Positions 25,410 through 32,000 of a stretch of DNA of 32,000 nucleotides are shown in pieces. Numbering within the stretch: the stretch's first letter is position 1; each line of letters begins with the position of its first letter. Where the stretch lies: NCBI RefSeq assembly GCF_000020385.1, contig NC_010814.1, positions 690,001 through 722,000 on the forward strand, given 5' to 3'. The notes beneath the pieces were generated by a model, which saw only the letters and a list, made by a program, of their open reading frames with translations, was not told where the DNA came from and searched no databases. Origin of the DNA: Trichlorobacter lovleyi SZ. Lineage in GTDB: Bacteria; Desulfobacterota; Desulfuromonadia; Geobacterales; Pseudopelobacteraceae. Position numbers and translations under genes: made by a program.

Positions 25410-27513
25410 TTCTGATGGCCACATAACCAGCGGGATGATCCTGATTGTTGAGGATAATATCCCTTTTGGCGAGCTGGTTGCCGGTACCCTGCGGGAAGAC
25501 GGGTATCAATGCCATACCGTATCCACCGGTGCCGCTGCCCTGATCTGGCTTGCAAGCCATCCGGTCAATCTGCTGTTACTGGACTATACGCTGGTGGATA
25601 TGACCGGTGAGGCATTTATTGCCGCCATGGCTGAGCAGGGCAGTCAGGTCCCTTTCGTGGTGGTGACCGGGCGGGACGATTCCAATCTGGCCGTGCAGAT
25701 GATCAAACAGGGGGCCAGCGATTTTGTAGTCAAGGATACGGCCCTGCTGGACCGGCTGCCGGTAGTGGTGTCGCGTACCCTGCAGGAGGCTGCGACCATG
25801 CAGCGTCTGTGCCATGCAGAACAGGCACTGCGCCAGAGCGAGTTACGGCTCGCCCGTGCCCAGCGGATCGCCCGGATCGGCAGCTGGGAGTGGGATCTGC
25901 AGAGTAACGGCCTCTATTTTTCACCTGAACTGTTTTCGATTTTGGGCTACGACGGGACTGCCCCCCCTGATGTGTCACTGGAGTGGTTCTACCGCCAGAT
26001 TAATCCGTCCGATACCTGCTTTGTCAGAAAGGCGCTGAGTGCTGCCATAGAGTCCGGCCGCAATCTGAACCAGACCTTCAGGATCGTAACCTGCTCCGGG
26101 GAAGAGATTGTGGTGGCCAGCCAGGCCGAACTGGAGTATGACAGCGACGGTCGGCCGGAGCTGCTGGTGGGCACCCTGCTGGATGTTACGGACAGGACCA
26201 GGGCCGAGCAGGAGATTCACCACCTTGCCAATTACGATACCCTGACCGGCCTGCCCAACCGCAACCTGCTGCATGACCGGTTGCAACAGGCGATTGTGCA
26301 GGCAGCACGTGTACAGGGCAGTGTCGGGGTACTCTTTCTGGATCTGGACCGTTTCAAAGGGGTGAACGAGCTGCTGGGGCATCGTGCCGGTGATCAGCTG
26401 TTGCGCACAGTCGCCGAGCGTTTGCGGGTCTGCGTCCGGGAGAGCGATACCCTGGCCAGGGCCGGAGGGGACGAGTTTGTCATCATCCTGAGTGTCGTCT
26501 CCGATGAAGATGGCATCAGCAGCGCAGCAAGCAAGATCCTTGCGATTATCTCGGAACCGTTCGTGATTGAAGAGCGGGAGCTGTATCTGACTGCCAGCAT
26601 CGGGGTGGCGGTCTATCCCACCGATGGTGCCGATGTGCAGTCATTGCTCAAGCATGCCGATCTGGCCATGTACCAGGCCAAGGATATGGATCGCAACAAC
26701 TTCCAGTTTTTCTCCAGTGATCTGAACGTCAAGGTGATGGAGCGGATGGTGCTGGAGAGCTCATTGCGGCGTGCCCTTGAACGGGATGAGTTCCAGCTGC
26801 TCTACCAGCCCCAGGTGGATGTCATCACCGGCAGTGTGGTCGGGTTTGAGGCGTTGCTGCGTTGGCATCATCCCGACCTGGGTACCATCTCGCCGGAAAA
26901 ATTCATTCCGCTGGCTGAAGAGACCGGCCTGATCCTCTCCATCGGTGAATGGGTGTTGCGTACCGCCTGCCGTCAGGCCAAGATCTGGCAGGATGCCGGG
27001 TTAAGACCGGTCCGGATGGCAGTCAACCTCTCCGGCCGTCAGTTCAGAATGAAGCTGGACGAGATCGTGGCGGCCATCCTGCTTGAAACCGGTTTTGATC
27101 CCCGCTGGCTTGAACTGGAGCTGACCGAGAGTATCCTGATGCGTAATGCCTCGGATAACATTGAACTGCTACAGGCTCTGACTGCCATGGGGTGCAGCCT
27201 CTCCATTGACGACTTCGGCACCGGCTACTCATCGCTGGCCTATCTCAAACATTTTCCGCTGGAGCGGCTCAAGATTGATCGTTCCTTTGTGCGGGATGTC
27301 ACCACCAACCCTGATGACCGGGCGATCGCCAAGATCATCATCGACATGGCCCATACCCTCAAGATGGAGGTTACCGCTGAAGGGGTTGAGGAACGTGAAC
27401 AGCTGGAGTTGCTGAAGCGCTACGGCTGCCGTGAGATGCAAGGGTTTTTCTTCAGCAGGCCGGTCCCTGCTGCAAGTGCTGAAAAGCTTCTTCGCAAAGG
27501 AATCACATTCTGA
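25402..27513 (+). CDS. Response regulator with REC-PAS-GGDEF-EAL architecture (c-di-GMP turnover)
   Basis: The REC domain is canonical (LIVEDN, LLLLDYTLVDM, PFVVVTGR, DFVVKD). A PAS-like segment follows (SWEWDL...). The GGDEF domain has YDTLTGLPNR, the I-site RESD and RAGGDEF. The EAL domain has YQPQV, EALLRW, ELELTES, DDFGTGYSSLAYLKHFPLERLKIDRSF, EGVE and QGFFF. The start at 25402 overlaps glmU by 8 nt. An alternative ATG lies at 25435. Confidence 0.9.
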   Translation: MADSDGHITSGMILIVEDNIPFGELVAGTLREDGYQCHTVSTGAAALIWLASHPVNLLLLDYTLVDMTGEAFIAAMAEQGSQVPFVVVTGRDDSNLAVQMIKQGASDFVVKDTALLDRLPVVVSRTLQEAATMQRLCHAEQALRQSELRLARAQRIARIGSWEWDLQSNGLYFSPELFSILGYDGTAPPDVSLEWFYRQINPSDTCFVRKALSAAIESGRNLNQTFRIVTCSGEEIVVASQAELEYDSDGRPELLVGTLLDVTDRTRAEQEIHHLANYDTLTGLPNRNLLHDRLQQAIVQAARVQGSVGVLFLDLDRFKGVNELLGHRAGDQLLRTVAERLRVCVRESDTLARAGGDEFVIILSVVSDEDGISSAASKILAIISEPFVIEERELYLTASIGVAVYPTDGADVQSLLKHADLAMYQAKDMDRNNFQFFSSDLNVKVMERMVLESSLRRALERDEFQLLYQPQVDVITGSVVGFEALLRWHHPDLGTISPEKFIPLAEETGLILSIGEWVLRTACRQAKIWQDAGLRPVRMAVNLSGRQFRMKLDEIVAAILLETGFDPRWLELELTESILMRNASDNIELLQALTAMGCSLSIDDFGTGYSSLAYLKHFPLERLKIDRSFVRDVTTNPDDRAIAKIIIDMAHTLKMEVTAEGVEEREQLELLKRYGCREMQGFFFSRPVPAASAEKLLRKGITF

Positions 27514-27516
27514 ATC

Positions 27517-30336
27517 ATGCATCACGACCAGATCATCATCAAAGGTGCTTGCGAGCACAACCTCAAATGTATTGACGTCACCATCCCCCGTGACCAGCTG
27601 GTGGTGATTACCGGGCTATCCGGTTCCGGTAAATCCACCCTGGCCTTTGACACCATCTATGCTGAGGGGCAGCGGCGCTACGTGGAGTCGCTCTCCGCCT
27701 ATGCCCGCCAGTTTCTGGAACAGATGGAAAAGCCGGATGTGGAGTCGATTGAAGGGCTCTCACCGGCCATCTCCATTGAACAAAAGACCACCTCTAAAAA
27801 CCCCCGTTCCACCGTTGGCACCGTCACCGAGATATACGACTACCTGCGGCTGTTGTTTGCCCGGATCGGTCAACCCCACTGCCATAGCTGCGGCAAACCG
27901 ATCACGGCCCAGACCGTCTCCCAGATGGTGGACCGGATTCTGGCGTTGCCGGAAGGAACCAAGCTGTTGCTGCTTTCTCCCATGATCCGTGGTCGCAAAG
28001 GGGAGTACAAGAAAGAGCTGCAGCAGTTGCGTAAGGAAGGCTTTACCAGGGTCGTGATTGACGGCCAGCAACGGGAACTGGCCGAAGAGATCGAGCTGGA
28101 CAAGAAGAAAAAGCACGATATCGATATCGTGGTGGACCGCCTGGTGGTGAAGGAAGGGATCAGCCGTCGCCTGGCAGACTCACTTGAAACCGCCCTGAGC
28201 CATGCCGAGGGGATCGTCAAGGTGGAGGTGGTGGGGGAAAAACTGCCGATCATCTTCTCAGAGAAGCTGGCCTGCATCGAGTGCGGCATCTCGTATCCTG
28301 AAATTGCACCCCGCATGTTCTCCTTCAACAACCCCTATGGCGCCTGCCCGGACTGTACCGGTCTGGGCACCCGGATGTACTTTGATGCAGAGCTGGTGAT
28401 TCCAAATCCGCTGCTTTCCATTCGGGAAGGGGCGATTGCGCCGTGGGAAAAACGGCTGGGTTCCCCCTTCCATCAGATGATTCTTGAGTCCCTGTCCCGT
28501 GCCTACCGCTTTGATCTGAATACGCCGTTTCAGGAACTGTCAGAAACCGTGCAGCGGGTGATCCTGGAGGGAACGGGCGGTGAGCTGCTTGAGTTCTGGT
28601 GGGAGGATGACCGGGGCAAGCGCCACACCTACAAGAAGGAGTTTGAAGGGGTTCTGACCAATCTGGAACGTCGCTACCGTGAGACTGAATCCGAGATGAT
28701 CCGCGAGGAGCTGGCCCCCTACATGAACGTGATGCCCTGCCCCACCTGCAACGGTGCCCGCTTGAAGCCGGAGGCGCTGCACATCCTGGTGGGCGGGCAG
28801 AACATCCAGCAGGTGACAGCTCTGGCAATCCGGGACTGTCAGCAGTTTTTTGATCAGCTGCAGTTGTCCGATAAGGACCAGGAGATCGCCCGCCGGATTC
28901 TGAAAGAGATCAGGGAACGCCTGGGCTTTCTGGTCAATGTCGGGCTTGATTACCTGTCGCTGGATCGTACCTCCGGCACCCTGTCCGGTGGTGAAGGTCA
29001 GCGGATCAGACTGGCAACCCAGATCGGCTCGTCACTGGTGGGGGTGCTGTATATCCTGGATGAACCGTCCATCGGTCTGCACCAGCGGGACAATGACCGG
29101 CTGTTGACCACCCTGCGGCATCTGCGGGATATCGGCAACACCGTGCTGGTGGTGGAGCATGATGAGGATACCATTCTGGCTGCCGACTATGTGCTGGATA
29201 TGGGGCCTGGCGCCGGTGTCCATGGCGGGGAGGTGGTGGCCCAGGGCACCCCCAAAGAGATCATGGCCAACCCGGCCTCCCTGACCGGGCGCTACCTGTC
29301 CGGTGAGTTGACCATTCCGGTGCCGAAGAAGCGACGTACGGCAGAACGCAGCATCACCATCAAGGGGGCCACGGAGAACAACCTGAAAGGGGTTGATGTG
29401 GAGATCCCGCTGGGGGTCATGACCTGCGTGACCGGCGTCTCCGGCTCCGGCAAATCCACCCTGATCATCGACACCCTGCACAAGGTGCTGTCCCAGCGGC
29501 TGTACCGCAGCCGTGAAAAAGCCGGTGCGGTCAAGGATGTTCTGGGGCTGGAGCATCTGGACAAGGTCATCAACATTGACCAGTCCCCCATCGGCCGCAC
29601 TCCCCGCAGTAACCCGGCCACCTACACCGGCGTGTTCAGCGATATCCGCGACCTGTTTGCCAACCTGCCGGAATCAAAGGTGCGGGGCTACAAGCCGGGT
29701 CGCTACTCGTTCAACGTCAAAGGCGGACGTTGCGAGGCCTGCTCCGGCGACGGTATCCTCAAGATAGAGATGCACTTCCTGCCGGATGTCTATGTGCAGT
29801 GCGATGTCTGCAAGGGTGCCCGCTACAACCGTGAAACCCTGGAGGTGCTGTACAAAGGCAAGTCCATAGCCGATGTGCTGAACCTGACCGTGGAACAGGC
29901 ACTGGAGTTCCTGGGGGCGATCCCACGGATCAAAAACAAGCTCAAGACCCTGGTTGAGGTAGGATTGGGCTACATCACCCTGGGGCAGTCTGCCACCACC
30001 CTCTCCGGCGGCGAGGCCCAGCGGGTCAAGCTGGCCAAAGAACTGTCCCGTCGTGCCACCGGACGTACCATTTACATCCTTGACGAACCGACCACCGGCC
30101 TGCACTTTGCTGATATTGCCAAGCTGCTGGATGTGCTGCACCGGCTGGTGGATACCGGCAACACCATCGTTATTATTGAACACAACCTGGATGTGATCAA
30201 GACCGCTGACTGGATTGTGGATCTTGGGCCGGAAGGTGGCGACCGGGGGGGCGAACTGGTGGCAGCCGGTACGCCGGAACAGGTGGCCAAGGTCACCCGA
30301 TCCTGGACCGGCCAGTTCCTGCGGAAGATGCTGTAG
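27517..30336 (+). CDS. uvrA: Excinuclease ABC subunit A
   Basis: 939 aa. [35 protein letters not shown], zinc-module cysteines, two ABC signatures (LSGGEGQR / LSGGEAQR) and a second Walker [10 protein letters not shown]. Confidence 0.98.
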   Translation: MHHDQIIIKGACEHNLKCIDVTIPRDQLVVITGLSGSGKSTLAFDTIYAEGQRRYVESLSAYARQFLEQMEKPDVESIEGLSPAISIEQKTTSKNPRSTVGTVTEIYDYLRLLFARIGQPHCHSCGKPITAQTVSQMVDRILALPEGTKLLLLSPMIRGRKGEYKKELQQLRKEGFTRVVIDGQQRELAEEIELDKKKKHDIDIVVDRLVVKEGISRRLADSLETALSHAEGIVKVEVVGEKLPIIFSEKLACIECGISYPEIAPRMFSFNNPYGACPDCTGLGTRMYFDAELVIPNPLLSIREGAIAPWEKRLGSPFHQMILESLSRAYRFDLNTPFQELSETVQRVILEGTGGELLEFWWEDDRGKRHTYKKEFEGVLTNLERRYRETESEMIREELAPYMNVMPCPTCNGARLKPEALHILVGGQNIQQVTALAIRDCQQFFDQLQLSDKDQEIARRILKEIRERLGFLVNVGLDYLSLDRTSGTLSGGEGQRIRLATQIGSSLVGVLYILDEPSIGLHQRDNDRLLTTLRHLRDIGNTVLVVEHDEDTILAADYVLDMGPGAGVHGGEVVAQGTPKEIMANPASLTGRYLSGELTIPVPKKRRTAERSITIKGATENNLKGVDVEIPLGVMTCVTGVSGSGKSTLIIDTLHKVLSQRLYRSREKAGAVKDVLGLEHLDKVINIDQSPIGRTPRSNPATYTGVFSDIRDLFANLPESKVRGYKPGRYSFNVKGGRCEACSGDGILKIEMHFLPDVYVQCDVCKGARYNRETLEVLYKGKSIADVLNLTVEQALEFLGAIPRIKNKLKTLVEVGLGYITLGQSATTLSGGEAQRVKLAKELSRRATGRTIYILDEPTTGLHFADIAKLLDVLHRLVDTGNTIVIIEHNLDVIKTADWIVDLGPEGGDRGGELVAAGTPEQVAKVTRSWTGQFLRKML

Positions 30337-30350
30337 AGGAGGCATGAGCG

Positions 30351-30506
30351 ATGATCAAGACCGCAACCTTTGAGGCGCTGCTGGAGTCGGTGGTGGAGGA
30401 TGGTGATGGCTGGCTCTTTACCCTGGAGGGCAAAACCTACCGGCTTGCTGATAAGGATGAGGTACGCAAGATAGCTGAATCCCACGGCTATATTCTGATC
30501 TACTAG
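30351..30506 (+). CDS. Unlisted small ORF, 51 aa (MIKTATFEALLESVVEDGDGWLFTLEGKTYRLADKDEVRKIAESHGYILIY)
   Basis: It is below the ORF-track size cutoff. ATG 30351 lies 8 nt after GAGGAGG (30336-30342). Codon third positions are G/C-rich, as in neighbouring genes. It starts 14 nt after the uvrA stop. There is no homology evidence. Confidence 0.45.
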   Translation: MIKTATFEALLESVVEDGDGWLFTLEGKTYRLADKDEVRKIAESHGYILIY

Positions 30507-31483
30507 CCTGCCTTCATGATCAGCGTGGTAATCAGCTGCAGTACCAGCGGTATGGTAACAATCCCCCCCAGTGTGCCGACCGCCACCATGGCAGCGGCCT
30601 GTTCCGGGCAGTTGTCATACTTCAGGTTCAGCAGGTAGGCCATGACCGGACCCGGCATGGAGGCGTTCAGGATGATGACCGCCTCGGAGGTCCGGTAGCC
30701 CAGCCAGACCAATGGATCAAGGGTTGGGTCAACCGGTGTCCAGCCGGTCATGCGCCAGATAAACACCAGACCAAATCCCAGCATCGGTCCACCTGCCAGC
30801 CGGATGATCCCTCCCGCAATCCCTGTCTTCAGGGTCTCCAGCTTGATATCACTCATTGAATAACCCAGGTTAACAATTAATAGCGGTATGGCACCATAGC
30901 CCAGGATATCGGTCAGCTTGCCGGCAAAATAGAGGGCTGGTTTCACTGCTTCCGGTAGCGGCAGGGTTGCGGCTGCCACACCGGCGATCATGGCATACAG
31001 GGCCGGAATCTTCAGAAACTGCTTCAGATCGGTCTGGCCGCTGACCAGAAAGACCCCGGCGCTGTACAGCACAAAGATGTTGGCCAGATGGAAGATGATT
31101 GACTTTGAAAGCCCTTCATTGCCGAACATCAGCAGGGCGATCGGCAGGGAGATGTTGCCGGTGTTCATAAAGATCAGCGGCAGAATAAAGCCGTTACGCT
31201 GGACTCCGGCACGGCGTTTCAGCAGCAGCGCCACCGGCACCATCAGTGCGATCATGGCAATGGCCGATACAAACAGTAGTGAGAACTCGGACGGGTCAAA
31301 GGCCCGTTTGTGGGTGGATGAGAAGATCAGCGACGGCACCAGAAAATAGTAGACCAGGTTTGAGATGCTCTTCTGGTTCAGTTCCCGCCTGGTGTCCAGC
31401 CTGCCCAGCCAGAAACCGGCAAAGGCAATGGCAAAGGAGGGGATGACGGCGCTGATGATCAGGAAATTCTGGTTTGAAAACAT
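30503..31483 (-). CDS. AEC (auxin efflux carrier) family permease
   Basis: 326 aa, about 10 predicted TM helices. The N-terminus is the typical MF..NFLIISAVIPSFAIAFAGFWLGR, and a symmetric second half follows a central hydrophilic loop. Confidence 0.8.
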   Translation of the reverse strand: MFSNQNFLIISAVIPSFAIAFAGFWLGRLDTRRELNQKSISNLVYYFLVPSLIFSSTHKRAFDPSEFSLLFVSAIAMIALMVPVALLLKRRAGVQRNGFILPLIFMNTGNISLPIALLMFGNEGLSKSIIFHLANIFVLYSAGVFLVSGQTDLKQFLKIPALYAMIAGVAAATLPLPEAVKPALYFAGKLTDILGYGAIPLLIVNLGYSMSDIKLETLKTGIAGGIIRLAGGPMLGFGLVFIWRMTGWTPVDPTLDPLVWLGYRTSEAVIILNASMPGPVMAYLLNLKYDNCPEQAAAMVAVGTLGGIVTIPLVLQLITTLIMKAG

Positions 31484-31495
31484 GGCGGGCCCGCT

Positions 31496-32000
31496 TCAGG
31501 AGTTAAAAATATAACGGTTAATGATAGAGACCAGCAGGCCAAAGGCGGGTATCGACAAAAGCGCTGATGAGAGCAGCAAAGACGAATCCCGGTTGGAGAG
31601 TGGGCTGTCGCCAGGCCGCCAGAAGGCGGAAATGGTGCAGGGCAGGGCAGAGGCAAGCAGCAGGATTGCCTCGGTGGTGCGCAGGTCAAGGTAGTGCATC
31701 AGGTCATACCCCTTCTCCAGCGGTGCCAGCCCGATTACCCGCAGAATCAGAATCAGCACGATTGCCACCAGCGGCAGCCAGAGCATGCGGATCAACGCTG
31801 CGCCGGACCACCAGGTTGCGCCGGAGCTTCGCAGGCAGTAGAGGGCATAGCCGTGGCTGATCAGCAGAATCGGCAGGGCTCCGCTCGCCATCATGCCGAT
31901 CCCCTTTTCCACCAGCCAGAGCAGGTCCTGCAGTTGCCCCGGAAGCTCCAGTTCAAACAGTTTCAATACCAGAGCCAGCAGCACGGCATGCAGGGTCGGT
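31496..32000 (-). CDS. AEC family permease, C-terminal part (5' end outside window)
   Basis: The reading frame is open to the window edge. The sequence is hydrophobic and multi-TM, and paralogous in style to the downstream AEC gene. Its stop lies 12 nt before the next gene's ATG. Confidence 0.65.
   Translation of the reverse strand, partial: PTLHAVLLALVLKLFELELPGQLQDLLWLVEKGIGMMASGALPILLISHGYALYCLRSSGATWWSGAALIRMLWLPLVAIVLILILRVIGLAPLEKGYDLMHYLDLRTTEAILLLASALPCTISAFWRPGDSPLSNRDSSLLLSSALLSIPAFGLLVSIINRYIFNS

Noticed and set aside
1-32000. Search for CRISPR arrays, IS elements or transposases, integrases, phage genes, toxin-antitoxin pairs, reverse transcriptases and known defence genes
   Set aside because: None was seen. 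There are no regularly spaced direct repeats, no terminal inverted repeats flanking ORFs and no compositionally aberrant block. The window reads as conserved core chromosome.

Overview
This is a moderately GC-rich bacterial chromosomal segment. The proteins look like Desulfuromonadales/Geobacter-type deltaproteobacteria, but that is inference only. The window is almost entirely core housekeeping. I see no transposase, integrase, phage genes, CRISPR array, toxin-antitoxin pair or recognisable defence genes. Genes lie in alternating strand blocks, and several convergent junctions carry long perfect hairpin terminators.

Confidently recognised genes:
- RNase P RNA (rnpB) and a tRNA with a CAT anticodon
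- Nif3 plus a COG1579 zinc-ribbon protein
- an EF-P paralogue of the YeiP/EfpL type
- hemB
- an OmpA-family porin
- a ~1000-aa NAD-glutamate dehydrogenase
- cobO
- DUF948 and YtxH stress proteins
- an MltD-like lytic transglycosylase
- mfd with two parvulin PPIases
- glmU and uvrA
- two c-di-GMP turnover proteins
- tandem AEC transporters

I did not find a clear-cut novel system. The observations most worth a second look are:
1. rnpB sits inside a co-directional tRNA-nif3-Zn-ribbon-rnpB-ORF cluster, with no terminator before the downstream ORF.
2. A REC-PAS-GGDEF-EAL gene is packed between glmU and uvrA, overlapping glmU by 8 nt and ending 3 nt before uvrA, and is followed by an untracked 51-aa ORF.
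3. An mltD-TPR membrane protein-double pseudo-receiver operon.
4. A 0.5 kb unexplained non-coding gap with a B12-box-like motif.
5. A palindromic core shared between two distant sites.

All product calls come from reading motifs by eye. No database search was run.
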